Shown: positions 27,878-37,658, numbered from the stretch's first letter. The stretch: 64,000 bases of DNA from Pseudomonadota bacterium (GCA_018242545.1 JAFEBT010000001.1:23180-87179); one strand, 5' to 3'. A program made the numbers and translations. The notes: generated by a model from the letters alone, not told the origin.

Positions 27878-30034
27878 TTAACATATTTGCGTTCGAATAT
27901 TTTGAACAGGAGACATCTTCTCCCAAGAGCTAAAACTGACGTCCCCAGATGGAAGCTCTGTTCTAAGTCTCTTTTCAAGAAATGATGAATGATAGAGAAA
28001 AAACGGAAGGCCTGAACTTCCCCAAGGCGCTTTCTGCCGAGCCTCTCCACATCCAAGCCATTCCCCATCGAAACTTCCACTTGGCCAGTGAATGTCTTCT
28101 GTTGGTCTGTTTCCAGATTTCATATACCAAGAAGAAGATTTATGCTCATGCATCTCTTCATAAACTTTACAAAGATTTTTACTTTTTTCAGGAAGGGCTT
28201 TCCCAATAATTTCCTTGAAGAAAGTTCCATCTGGTCTTCGATATATTTGAACCTCATGTTGCGGAACAATTTTAAAACATCCTTCATAAAAGGCATTTTC
28301 CTCATCTGCTAAGACCTGTATATCTTCTGGAGTGTAAGCAATAGACGGTAAAGAAGCCTCCTGTTCTTTTGAGTTCTTGATGACAACACTACCGGCATAA
28401 GGAACATCAATATATATTTCTATCTGAGGCTGTGAAGATTTCGTCTCGTCATTATGAACATATCCGATAAGTCGCGTGTGATGTAAAAACACATGCTCTG
28501 AGGGTTCACAATCTGTGACAAAAATTCTTTGATCTCCGCTCTTATAAAAAAAACGAGAATATCCCTTTGATTGACCCGTTTCAAAATTATGATCAAATTT
28601 TTGGGAACAGCCTTCTGTTGTCTCTTCCAATTCTTGAGAAGGTCGACAACGTGTCAAAAATAAAGGTCCTTCTCGAGATTCAATCATAACACGAACTTGG
28701 ACAAACCTTTTTCCTGATTGAGGATCAACAATAGGGGGACATCCCAGAGTTGAACCCTGATGTGGAAGAGCTTCACCATCATCACGACAGGGTGTTATTC
28801 TTCTTTCATGACCTTTTATAAAGGTAACAATACGCGTTTGAGGAATCGATTTTTTCTCTTCAAAATTATGATGATATCCGCAAAAAATCTTTTCGAGACG
28901 CAGCTCTTCTTTTTTTGAATGAGGACGGCATTCTTCTATAACAATGCGTCTTTTTCGGTAATCTTTATAAATAAGGGTTGCCATTTGATGCGCTGTCATT
29001 TTCTTTAGATCGACGTCAAGGTCACATGCGTCCTCTTCTTCTAAAATCTCAAAAGTGATGTCTTCATCGGGTTTGCAAATCTCATCCACGCGATGTACTT
29101 CGCCTTTATCGTCTACCCAATAATGCTTATACTGGGGATGAACCCGTCCTTCCTCTTTTAATATATAATCTGGGCATTCTTCATAATGCTTTTTAAGTGG
29201 ATATCGCTCATTTGAATCAGAACAAGGCTCCTCCTTATATATTTTTCCATTTTTTCGAATAATAGATCGCGTTTGAATGATTGCACTTTCCTGCTTTTTA
29301 TCAATACGGACAGAGCATCCTTCCTTTAAAATATCGATCTCAAGGTTTTCGGGAATAAATCCAAGGGAATTTTCAGAAAAAGACCCTTTAACTTTTTTTT
29401 GTTTCTTTTTCTTTTTTTGAAAAGGCTGCAAAGAGAAGCCTTCTTGTCCAAGATATCTCTTTTCTTCAGAATTATAATTTCCTTTCGTAAAACTTTTCTC
29501 CACGCTTGAAATTTTTTCAGAAAACATACCTTTCTTTTTATCTTCTAAGGAAGGAGATTTATGGGAAAGAAGCCAATCTTTTTTGTAGATCTCTTGTATT
29601 TTTAGAAAAAAAGTATGCAAATCTCCTTTAACCTCAAGTTCTGTCCCTCTTGGAATAAAAGAACTTTTAACTTCAGAATACAATTTCTCTACTTGCATGC
29701 TTCTTGAAAAACTTTGCTCTCTTTTTACAAGTGCCTCCTTCCACACAATTAAAAACTTTTCTTTTCGAGATGAGTTCGATTTTTGTCTTCCTTTTTTATA
29801 AATACCTTTTAATATTCCTTTATAGCTTTGAGATTCATTTCGCCCTTTTATTCTAAAATGTACGGTTATTTTTCCACCTCGAGATGAAAGCGTTTGATTT
29901 TCAAAAGAATAAGCTTTGATCATTGGGAAATGAGCCTCTGTTTTCATCCCTGCACAATAAAAAAGCGCAATTACACTAAAAAAGAAAATCTTTTTTTCCC
30001 CTTTTTTCTTCCAAGACATACTTCTTAAAGTCAT
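27878..30034 (-). CDS. Large secreted Cys/Lys-rich protein of unknown family embedded in the T4SS operon (between virB10 and virB11)
   Basis: 718-aa ORF with an N-terminal signal peptide (KKIFFFSVIALFYCAGM). About 16-17 cysteines are spread over the length. There are poly-Lys tracts (QKKKKKQKKVK). No TM segments. Its start overlaps the virB10/trbI stop, suggesting translational coupling. No recognisable family motif. Confidence 0.6.
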   Translation of the reverse strand: MTLRSMSWKKKGEKKIFFFSVIALFYCAGMKTEAHFPMIKAYSFENQTLSSRGGKITVHFRIKGRNESQSYKGILKGIYKKGRQKSNSSRKEKFLIVWKEALVKREQSFSRSMQVEKLYSEVKSSFIPRGTELEVKGDLHTFFLKIQEIYKKDWLLSHKSPSLEDKKKGMFSEKISSVEKSFTKGNYNSEEKRYLGQEGFSLQPFQKKKKKQKKVKGSFSENSLGFIPENLEIDILKEGCSVRIDKKQESAIIQTRSIIRKNGKIYKEEPCSDSNERYPLKKHYEECPDYILKEEGRVHPQYKHYWVDDKGEVHRVDEICKPDEDITFEILEEEDACDLDVDLKKMTAHQMATLIYKDYRKRRIVIEECRPHSKKEELRLEKIFCGYHHNFEEKKSIPQTRIVTFIKGHERRITPCRDDGEALPHQGSTLGCPPIVDPQSGKRFVQVRVMIESREGPLFLTRCRPSQELEETTEGCSQKFDHNFETGQSKGYSRFFYKSGDQRIFVTDCEPSEHVFLHHTRLIGYVHNDETKSSQPQIEIYIDVPYAGSVVIKNSKEQEASLPSIAYTPEDIQVLADEENAFYEGCFKIVPQHEVQIYRRPDGTFFKEIIGKALPEKSKNLCKVYEEMHEHKSSSWYMKSGNRPTEDIHWPSGSFDGEWLGCGEARQKAPWGSSGLPFFLYHSSFLEKRLRTELPSGDVSFSSWEKMSPVQNIRTQIC

Positions 30035-31095
30035 TTGGAATTTCTTTCAGAAATTGAGGTTTCGTTTTCGATAGGTGAACGCAGCCAAATATCCGTCATG
30101 GGAATAATCTGAAGGCGCGATCCTGCAGCAACATTAACAATGGGAGCTAAATTAATATGTGAGTTAAGAAGCCCAGTTGTAATATTTCCAAGATTAACAC
30201 TCAAATTTCCAGCTGCTTGGCGAACAAGCGATGTCTCAGAAGTGTCAGCCCCCGCAGCTGCAAGGGCTGAAATCCCTGCAACAATAAAAGAAGAACTATA
30301 TTTTTCCCAAATACGATTATCGACCTTTCCGATAAGTCCTGTACGCGCCATTTGATCGGCCGCATAAGCATCTGTTAGAAGAACACTTGCCCCATCCGGC
30401 CTGATGGCTCTTCCACACACAGCATTCAAACGCGTATCACCCTCTTTAACAAGAGATTTATAAGAACAAATAATACGCGTTCCTTTTGGTAATAAGATAT
30501 TGCGCCCTTCATTTGCAAAAACATGCCTTTCAACAATAACAATAAACCGTCCTCCGAGTTGACTATTAATGGCATTCTCTAAAATAACAGGAATATAACG
30601 ATCTGCCGTAAGAACACGATCTCCTTTTACAGGAAATGTCGAGAGGTCTTCGCCAATACCTTTTAAGCGCGAAACATAATTTGAATCCGTTAAAATTAAA
30701 GAAGCTTTTTCTTCGGAAATATTTTCTCTCTCAAGAAAAGAGAATCCAGAACGCTGGTGAAGAGAATTTTTTCTCTCTCGGCTTACTTTATTTAAATACA
30801 AAGATTTTCTCTCTTTTTCAGGTTTTTGTGAATGGTTTTGGGCTTCAAGGAGAGCATGAAAAGCTGCTTTATTTTCTTTTTCCATATCACTTGTCTCTTC
30901 AAAAGAATCGACGTCGTCTATTGAGGAGATTTCTGAATCGAGAGAAATATGATCAAGATTATGTAAAAAGCTCGAAATTTCTGAATTAAAATTCAATCGA
31001 TTAAGAATCGTTTTGTTTTTTTCTTCTTGGCATCCTTCAAGACAACTCCAGGACAATCCCAAAAGGAAAAACCGAAACCCACGTTTAAAAAACAT
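30031..31095 (-). CDS. virB10: T4SS protein VirB10/TrbI
   Basis: The C-terminal domain has the conserved VirB10/TrbI pattern (...RIICSYKSLVKEGDTRLNAVCGRAIRPDGASVLLTDAYAADQMARTGLIGKVDNRIWEKYSSSFIVAGISALAAAG...). Pro/Ser-rich N-terminal region. Confidence 0.8.
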   Translation of the reverse strand: MFFKRGFRFFLLGLSWSCLEGCQEEKNKTILNRLNFNSEISSFLHNLDHISLDSEISSIDDVDSFEETSDMEKENKAAFHALLEAQNHSQKPEKERKSLYLNKVSRERKNSLHQRSGFSFLERENISEEKASLILTDSNYVSRLKGIGEDLSTFPVKGDRVLTADRYIPVILENAINSQLGGRFIVIVERHVFANEGRNILLPKGTRIICSYKSLVKEGDTRLNAVCGRAIRPDGASVLLTDAYAADQMARTGLIGKVDNRIWEKYSSSFIVAGISALAAAGADTSETSLVRQAAGNLSVNLGNITTGLLNSHINLAPIVNVAAGSRLQIIPMTDIWLRSPIENETSISERNSK

Positions 31096-31098
31096 TTT

Positions 31099-31947
31099 TT
31101 AAGATTCCATTTTTTCAATACAAATAACTTTCTGACCATTTTTAAGCGTCAAAGGTGGAAGACCATGAACAATTATTTTTGATCCCTCTATACATGTATT
31201 TACGGGCGTATCAACCTCATCTATCCGTTGATAGATTGCCGGCAAAGGCTTTCCATCCCATGCTTTTCCATAGTCAAGCCATGTCCATATACCATCCGAA
31301 TAGACTCTTTCTGGCGCAATATCCAGAGACGCTAAATCTTTTTGGAACATATTATAGGAGAAGATTAAATTTTCTGAAGAAAAAGGAACTTGTTGTAGGT
31401 AATCTATTTCTGCTTCTTTAAGGAAAACTTCTTGAAAAGGGCTTTCTCTTCCTCCTTTTACTTCTATATAAACAACGATATCTGGAACGTGAGAACTGTG
31501 AATTCCTAAAGAACGAATATAAAAAGGATAAATGTTTCCTGTTTTACCAATAAGAGTCAGGCTCGTATCACACCCTTCTTCTTTTGCTAAAATAGAAATT
31601 AAAGAAGGACCTTTCTTTTCAACCAAAAAAAAATGATCATCTCCCAAAATAACCTCTAAAATTTCTTCCCATTTAGGCAAGGAAATCGTTGTTGTCATAA
31701 AGGGACGCGTTTTAACACGAACAACATGATCTTTTTGATACCCGACCCTATAAACACCTGCCTGTGGAGGAGCAGCAGCCCAGGCTTCTTGAGCCTGCTC
31801 TAAAGGAACACTTTCAGGACGCACAAATGCCTCTAAATCTTCTTCTTTCTCTCTTTCAATTTTTAATAAATCTTGGGGTTTTTCTCCGTCCATAGCCCAA
31901 AGACATTTTGAAAAAAGAATCATACTTACCATGATATATTTCCTCAT
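31099..31947 (-). CDS. virB9: T4SS protein VirB9/TrbG
   Basis: Signal peptide. VirB9 beta-domain pattern YRVGYQKDHVVRVKTRPFMTTTISLPKWEEILEVILGDDHFFLV... and a C-terminal conserved region. Confidence 0.7.
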   Translation of the reverse strand: MRKYIMVSMILFSKCLWAMDGEKPQDLLKIEREKEEDLEAFVRPESVPLEQAQEAWAAAPPQAGVYRVGYQKDHVVRVKTRPFMTTTISLPKWEEILEVILGDDHFFLVEKKGPSLISILAKEEGCDTSLTLIGKTGNIYPFYIRSLGIHSSHVPDIVVYIEVKGGRESPFQEVFLKEAEIDYLQQVPFSSENLIFSYNMFQKDLASLDIAPERVYSDGIWTWLDYGKAWDGKPLPAIYQRIDEVDTPVNTCIEGSKIIVHGLPPLTLKNGQKVICIEKMES

Positions 31948-32684
31948 TCCTCTTTTTCCCCACCACTTTTTTCAGAAACGCCATATGCTGTAACAATAAA
32001 TCCAAGAGGATTCATATATCGATCTTCAAATTTTACGTTTTGTGATATATAAGTAATGCTTAAAGTTGATACCCAATTTTTTTTATAAATTTCCCCACCT
32101 TCTTGATAATCTTTTCCCTGCCATTCCACTTGAACAATTCGAGGATTTTTCGAAAGTGTCGAGACTGAAAGAAGGATAACATCTCGATAGAGTTTTTTCT
32201 CTTTTCGAGATTCATAAATTCCGCCCTGATCCTTATTCATGAGAGCTTTAAAATTCTCAAAAATTTCAAAAGAACTAAACCAAAAAACTTGTTTCCAGCG
32301 ATCTGCTTCTGTTTGAAAATCAAGTGTTTCTCGCAGACGAACATAATTTCGAGCAAGGCTTTCTGTCATTACATCAAATCCTTCTTCTTGGTCTTCTATG
32401 GGCTCGATTTTGACAATTTGCTCAGATTTAGGCATTAATGTAATAAAAAAGGGAACGATTGTTTTGAGAGGAAATAAATTTATCATTAAAACAGCACAAA
32501 CAATATTTATAAAAAGGGACATCAAAAAGCCAAATCCTAAAAAACGAGCGACCCAAATAAGCATACGATATACATGGCCCGTCTCAATAATCCGTCCTTC
32601 TGTTATTAGGGTTGTTTCATTGAAAGAAGAATAACTTTGAAATTTAAAGCCTTTTAGAAGCCTTAAGAGTTTTTGAATTGTCAT
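31944..32684 (-). CDS. virB8: T4SS protein VirB8/TrbF
   Basis: Bitopic topology: short cytoplasmic N-terminus, one TM (WVARFLGFGFLMSLFINIVCAVLMI), then a periplasmic NTF2-like domain. Position between the lipoprotein and virB9. Confidence 0.65.
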   Translation of the reverse strand: MTIQKLLRLLKGFKFQSYSSFNETTLITEGRIIETGHVYRMLIWVARFLGFGFLMSLFINIVCAVLMINLFPLKTIVPFFITLMPKSEQIVKIEPIEDQEEGFDVMTESLARNYVRLRETLDFQTEADRWKQVFWFSSFEIFENFKALMNKDQGGIYESRKEKKLYRDVILLSVSTLSKNPRIVQVEWQGKDYQEGGEIYKKNWVSTLSITYISQNVKFEDRYMNPLGFIVTAYGVSEKSGGEKEE

Positions 32685-32702
32685 TTTTAAAAACTCTCTT
32701 TT

Positions 32703-32867
32703 TCAAACAAGAAAACCATTTTGATAAAAAAGTGTTCCACAGGGACACGCAGACCTTTTTAAAGAATCTGCATCAGATCCGATACCGACGGGTTCTTCTT
32801 CAGATGTTGAGCATCCTGCTGTAAATCCCATAATAATTAAAAATACAAAATGTAATTTCATTTTCTT
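32703..32867 (-). CDS. Small lipoprotein at the VirB7 position
   Basis: MKLHFVFLIIMGFTAGC... has a lipobox (TAGC), followed by a short Cys-containing mature peptide. Located between the virB6-like and virB8-like genes. The upstream ATG at 32930 is probably not the real start. Confidence 0.45.
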   Translation of the reverse strand, partial: KKMKLHFVFLIIMGFTAGCSTSEEEPVGIGSDADSLKRSACPCGTLFYQNGFLV

Positions 32868-32901
32868 CCTTTCTGACATCAGCGTTGAAACATTAAAAAA
32901 A

Positions 32902-33843
32902 TCACCAAAATTTTCTGAGATTATTCCCAAAAAGCGAAAAGGTACTTTCAGTCATTGGGAAAGAAAGCCCTTCCTGATATGAAAAACAAGAAATTTGTTT
33001 TGCAAAATAGGAAGCTTTTAAATGAAAAAAGACTGATAGAAATCCTAAAATCCAAATAGCCCAATATTGAGAAGAAAATATAAAATCTGAAATCTCTTCT
33101 GAAGCACCTTCCGGTCCAATGGGAATTAAGGGAGAAAACTTATGAAAAATCTCAATTGTAAATCCCATAGCAATTGAAGAAAACAAGAGAGTCATAGCTC
33201 CATGTAATGTAATTCGTACAGCATTTAGAAGAATTGAATGCAAAGATTTAAAGCACATAATACTATAGAGAAGAGGACAAATAGCTGTAATAATGAGAAA
33301 TGCAAATATAAACTCCAATAAAAATGCTAAAAATATACAAATAACAAAAAGATAAGGAATAATTAAAATAAAAGCCGCCAGAATTGGTTTCCAAGAAAGC
33401 CATCCTCCTTCCCCAATGAGGATGTTCCAGATCTCAAAAATAGTTTTACTTAAAGATTGATCAACAGTTAAAAGCATTCCCCGGAATGTTGGATCGGATG
33501 GAGAAATTTTTCCCAAAGTTACAATTTTTTGAGCTAAGGCTGAAATAAGTTCTAAAAAGGGAGTATGAATAAAAACCCAAAAAAAATCTGATCCCTGTAA
33601 AAGACTTTCCACAAAAACAAAAAGCAAACTTTTTTTCAAAAAATACCCAAATCGAAAATCTCCTCGTAGAATTCCTTTAAAGACAATATACCATGCCACC
33701 CAAGCTGTCACATAAGCCGTAAATAATATACGTGAAGGGGGAAGTAATGCTTTATATATACTTTGCCCATATTGCATACCAAAATCATAAAAGGCAGAAA
33801 ACATATCGCATATATAACATCGATAAGAATGGGGTCCCTCCAT
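32902..33843 (-). CDS. virB6: T4SS protein VirB6/TrbL (polytopic inner-membrane)
   Basis: 313 aa, 6+ TM helices, including the characteristic central hydrophobic block with conserved Trp (WLSWKPILAAFILIIPYLFVICIFLAFLLEF). Operon position. Confidence 0.65.
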   Translation of the reverse strand: MEGPHSYRCYICDMFSAFYDFGMQYGQSIYKALLPPSRILFTAYVTAWVAWYIVFKGILRGDFRFGYFLKKSLLFVFVESLLQGSDFFWVFIHTPFLELISALAQKIVTLGKISPSDPTFRGMLLTVDQSLSKTIFEIWNILIGEGGWLSWKPILAAFILIIPYLFVICIFLAFLLEFIFAFLIITAICPLLYSIMCFKSLHSILLNAVRITLHGAMTLLFSSIAMGFTIEIFHKFSPLIPIGPEGASEEISDFIFSSQYWAIWILGFLSVFFHLKASYFAKQISCFSYQEGLSFPMTESTFSLFGNNLRKFW

Positions 33844-34619
33844 TACACAAGCTCCCTTTTCTTGGAAGAAGTTTTTTCAAGCACAATGGGAAGATTAAAT
33901 CCATCTTTCATGTTTTGAGTTTCTAAAAGTTGAATAAGGAGTGCACGGGTTAGAATGAGTTCATGGGCTATGAAACTTAAAAGTCTATTTGTTGTTGTTG
34001 TATCTGATCTTAAATTTGTCGCTAATTCTGCTTCTTTTAGAATGAGAGAAAGATCAAAAGAGGCGCTTTTTAATGTTTCTCTTTGATGCGCAACAAAAGC
34101 TAAGCCCGTTATGATTGATTCTTTAAAATGAGATTCACGAAATTTTAAAATCTCATCTTGACATTCTTTTGATATATATTTTTTACCCTTAAAAGATCCC
34201 ACCCAAAATTTTTCAAATAAATTGCGGTAAGATAGAAAATCAAAATTTTTTTCATCTTTTTTATAAGAGCTCCCACCTGCCGAAAAAGGAAGGAGAGAAA
34301 GTCTTTCTTTTTTGAGCATTGATTCTATTTCAGAAAAATTAAAAGCTTCTCCCTTCCCTAATATATTCTGCAAGGATTCAATACCAGAGTTCATCGCTTT
34401 CATTTTACGAGCAGATTCTCTAAAAACAGATAAAAGTTGATTTGTTAATCCATATGTTGATGAGTCAAAGACGCTCAAAACTGCGCTACATGTTAAAGGA
34501 AAAAAAAGAACAAGACCTATAATGTAACTTCCTTTCTTAAAATTTCCTGCCCATAAATTTTTTAAAAAATTTTTTTTTAATAAGCTTCTAAGTAATGATC
34601 TATCCATTTTTCTCCCCAT
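33843..34619 (-). CDS. T4SS protein VirB5/TrbJ-like (secreted coiled-coil minor pilus component)
   Basis: Signal anchor (GSYIIGLVLFFPLTCSAVLSVF) followed by an alpha-helical ~220-aa domain. Location between the VirB4-like and VirB6-like genes. Confidence 0.5.
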   Translation of the reverse strand: MGRKMDRSLLRSLLKKNFLKNLWAGNFKKGSYIIGLVLFFPLTCSAVLSVFDSSTYGLTNQLLSVFRESARKMKAMNSGIESLQNILGKGEAFNFSEIESMLKKERLSLLPFSAGGSSYKKDEKNFDFLSYRNLFEKFWVGSFKGKKYISKECQDEILKFRESHFKESIITGLAFVAHQRETLKSASFDLSLILKEAELATNLRSDTTTTNRLLSFIAHELILTRALLIQLLETQNMKDGFNLPIVLEKTSSKKRELV

Positions 34620-36931
34620 AATTCTTTTAACGATATCATTAAATTAATAGGCTCTGTGCCAGATCTATAAATTTTCATATATTTTCCAATATTCTCTATA
34701 TCTACGTCCATAAAAAGGGACTCTTGAGATCTTTTTAAAAGAACCCCACGTTTCAAATGTTTTGAAAAAGAACTAACACCTTTAATAAATTGCCATTCAG
34801 AGTCCGTAAGATTAAAAGGAGCATAATCTTCTATTTTTGCATTCACGTTTTGAAATAAAAAAAGCGTAGGGCAATGCGTCAAGATGGTTTCAGAAATCGG
34901 TAATTTTAAGAGCGTCTGAGCATCTTGGAAACAAAGATTAATCGAGCCACGCAACTTACGGTGTTCTCTCAAAAATGTTTGAACTTGATGAGAAAAAAAA
35001 GAATCTTCCAGCATCGGAGCAGCTTCATCGATAAAAATGAGATGCGCCGATGCCTCTTGGCGCACTTGGCTTCGGATGCGATGCAAAATATAATCTACAA
35101 GAACACTGGAAATATATGGATTCTTAAGAATCTCTGTCATCTCAAAAGAGATTAATCTTGATGACTTAAAATTCAAACAATCATAATCCCCATTTAGAAA
35201 AGAACTATATTGGCCACAAGCCCAAAGAAACAAAGATTCTTTTAATTTTGATCCTGTATCAAAACTAAATTCAAAAACGTTCTTCAAAATGCGATCTTGA
35301 AGAGGAAGCCTAAAAAGAATATCTAATGCACGTTCTGCCATTTCAAGGAACAGCGGATCATGACATTTCCCAAGTTTAAGAATAAATTGTGATAAAAAAA
35401 ACCTATTTTCATTACTATCTTCGCACTGAAAAGGATTCAATTTAAGATCCTGACTCGAATTAAGATCAATATAATCTCCTCCTAAAGCTTGTGTAAAAAT
35501 ACGCATTCCATTAAATCGATCAAAAATAAAAGTTTTAAGTTTTTTATGACGAAGTGCGCCTCCTATTAAATGTTGAAAAAAAGTTGTTTTTCCGGAGCCG
35601 CTTGGAGCAATTGTTAAACTATGAGCAAGTGATTCTTTCTGATCTGCGACATGAAGCTGCAATGCATACGCGTTTCCTTGACTGGTTTTAAAATAACGAA
35701 GAGGACCCATTCCCCAATCACATTTGAGCAGGCCTTCTTTACTTTCATCAAAAAAAAGAAAAGTCGCGAGGTTATTTGAAAATAAATTTCGAGGACGCGC
35801 AGCTTCATCATATCCTGGAAATTTTGAAAACCATAACCATTCAATAGCGTCCATTTCATGGACTGGCTTTATCCCATAATTTAATAAAATTTTTTCCAAC
35901 ACAGCAGTATTCTGCTCAAGCTGTTTTTCCGTCGTTCCTTTTATAAAAAAAGTAAGTTGATGCTCATAAAGCGCATGATGCCCGGCCTCTAAATGTTCAA
36001 TTGCATTTTCAAATTCTTTGATTTTAAAGTTATTTTTAAAAATAAGGTTTTCTTGGGCAAGACGATATCTTAATGTTGTTCGAGCATCGAGATTTTTAAG
36101 TCCTCTACAAAGATGTAATATTTCAAACTCCAATGAAAGAGAAAGAATTTCCTGTAGAATTTCAGAACCAGCCCATTCACCCCACCCTCGAATTCCAAGT
36201 ACTTTATAAAAACATGATCTTTCTCCTTCTTTTAGCTCAATTAACCCTTTCTTAAGATTAAAAAGAACTTCTGAGCATGTTAAAATTTCGGAAATATTTT
36301 CCTGCGTGTGGTATATTTTATGCTCTTGAAAATTAACCAATCCACTTAAAAAACTTAAAAGAGGACTCTCTAAAAAATCTTTTCCTTGAAAACTATTCTC
36401 GAGCAATTGAGGATTAAAAAATGAAAGATAGTCACAGACAATTTTTGATACTTCTTCTATTTCCTTCTCATTTGCTGCTTGCACAAATAAGTAATTTTTC
36501 GTTTGATAACATGCTTCAAACTGCTGGTTCCATTTATAATGAATTTCTTGAAGAATTTCGTTTTCAAAATCTGCAAAATCTTGAATTTGAAACCGTTCTC
36601 TCTTTGTAAAAAATCTAAAAGTTGCACCTCTTTCTGCCATAACATCAAAAAAAAATTGTTTACGCGCAACGAAAAAAGATTTTTCTTCCTCTGTTTTCAG
36701 ATTAAGATCAATGCCTTTTATCTTAAAAATACGACACAATTTTCCATCTCGACATTGAATCGTTTTATTATCAGTCAATATGCGATTAAAGGGTAAAAAG
36801 TCTGAAAGATACGTCTCTTTAAAAGTAGGAATAAGGGTTTTGAATATTTTAGGGATAAATATCATTCCAAGCCCTCCTAAAAGAAAGCTCAAAAGTATAA
36901 TCTCTAATCCTATTAAAAAAACCTTTTCCAT
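34577..36931 (-). CDS. virB4: T4SS ATPase VirB4/TrbE
   Basis: 784 aa. Walker A SGSGKTTFFQHLIGG, Walker B HLIFIDEAAPML, and N-terminal membrane-associated region. The size and motifs are typical of VirB4/TrbE/CagE. Confidence 0.85.
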   Translation of the reverse strand: MEKVFLIGLEIILLSFLLGGLGMIFIPKIFKTLIPTFKETYLSDFLPFNRILTDNKTIQCRDGKLCRIFKIKGIDLNLKTEEEKSFFVARKQFFFDVMAERGATFRFFTKRERFQIQDFADFENEILQEIHYKWNQQFEACYQTKNYLFVQAANEKEIEEVSKIVCDYLSFFNPQLLENSFQGKDFLESPLLSFLSGLVNFQEHKIYHTQENISEILTCSEVLFNLKKGLIELKEGERSCFYKVLGIRGWGEWAGSEILQEILSLSLEFEILHLCRGLKNLDARTTLRYRLAQENLIFKNNFKIKEFENAIEHLEAGHHALYEHQLTFFIKGTTEKQLEQNTAVLEKILLNYGIKPVHEMDAIEWLWFSKFPGYDEAARPRNLFSNNLATFLFFDESKEGLLKCDWGMGPLRYFKTSQGNAYALQLHVADQKESLAHSLTIAPSGSGKTTFFQHLIGGALRHKKLKTFIFDRFNGMRIFTQALGGDYIDLNSSQDLKLNPFQCEDSNENRFFLSQFILKLGKCHDPLFLEMAERALDILFRLPLQDRILKNVFEFSFDTGSKLKESLFLWACGQYSSFLNGDYDCLNFKSSRLISFEMTEILKNPYISSVLVDYILHRIRSQVRQEASAHLIFIDEAAPMLEDSFFSHQVQTFLREHRKLRGSINLCFQDAQTLLKLPISETILTHCPTLFLFQNVNAKIEDYAPFNLTDSEWQFIKGVSSFSKHLKRGVLLKRSQESLFMDVDIENIGKYMKIYRSGTEPINLMISLKELWGEKWIDHYLEAY

Positions 36932-36942
36932 ATGTTTGTCTT

Positions 36943-37239
36943 TTATGCTGTATATTTTTGATGTTCAGTTGGAATATAGTTTTTTGTTTTTCTAAAACGA
37001 TGTCGTGCTTTTTTAATCCTCAAAAAATCTTCGTCCAAAAAAGTTATGTAAAGAGATGTTCCAACACACCCTATAAGGAAAACAAAACCCCAAAATAATG
37101 GAGGATGATTAAAACTATGTGCAAGAACGCCACCTAAGAATGGAGAAGAAACCGAAACCATAAAAAGGGAAGGAATCATTCCTAAAATTCTTGTAGGCCT
37201 TAAAATAGCACTTAAAATTTGAGCATCTTTTTTTTCCAT
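36943..37239 (-). CDS. virB3: T4SS protein VirB3/TrbD
   Basis: 98 aa. LRPTRILGMIPSLF matches the VirB3 motif (L.RP..V.GVP), followed by TM segments. Immediately upstream of virB4. Confidence 0.7.
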   Translation of the reverse strand: MEKKDAQILSAILRPTRILGMIPSLFMVSVSSPFLGGVLAHSFNHPPLFWGFVFLIGCVGTSLYITFLDEDFLRIKKARHRFRKTKNYIPTEHQKYTA

Positions 37240-37241
37240 GC

Positions 37242-37532
37242 TTAATTCCCTGTCAAAAATCCGATAACATATTCAAAACTTGCAAGAAGAATGGAAGCTA
37301 TTACGAAAGAGATGCCCCATCTAAAATTAAATTTTCCAAAAACGGCTTGAAGAATAAGAAGGGCGCCAGCAAGGCCACATCCAACTGAACCTATTTTTAA
37401 AATTCCTTTGGTTGTATGACTTACCTTTTCTGCAACCACCGAAAATGGGTCCGCGCTAACATGATGAAAAAACAAGCAAAAAATTCCTAAAGCCAAAAGA
37501 TCCCAAAAAAAATTCCCTTTAAAAATCTTCAT
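37242..37532 (-). CDS. virB2: T4SS pilin VirB2/TrbC (likely start at the internal Met MKIFKGNFF...)
   Basis: Signal peptide MKIFKGNFFWDLLALGIFCLFFHHVSA, then two hydrophobic helices separated by a short loop (GILKIGSVGCGLAGALLILQAV...ISFVIASILLAS). This is the classic T-pilin organisation. First gene of the operon. The ORF-track upstream ATG (37589) would place the predicted -10 inside the CDS. Confidence 0.6.
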   Translation of the reverse strand: MKIFKGNFFWDLLALGIFCLFFHHVSADPFSVVAEKVSHTTKGILKIGSVGCGLAGALLILQAVFGKFNFRWGISFVIASILLASFEYVIGFLTGN

Positions 37533-37575
37533 AATAAATTCCTTCATATCCTTGCAAAATGATTGTTTATAAAAT

Positions 37576-37604
37576 TTTATATTTTGCACGCTTCACAAAA
37601 TCAA
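37576..37604 (-). promoter_or_regulatory. Candidate sigma70-type promoter for the T4SS operon
   Basis: On the minus strand: TTGATT -17 nt- TATAAA, then ~45 nt, GAAGGA RBS and the ATG of the pilin gene. Confidence 0.4.
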
Positions 37605-37658
37605 TTCGCATGGGCTAAAATTTAGGAACCCTTTAAAATCTTGAATTTTTTAAGGACC

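Noticed and set aside
28088-28312. Short + strand ORFs inside the 718-aa T4SS-embedded gene
   Set aside because: They are antisense or alternative-frame artefacts within a long minus-strand CDS that has signal peptide and operon coupling evidence.
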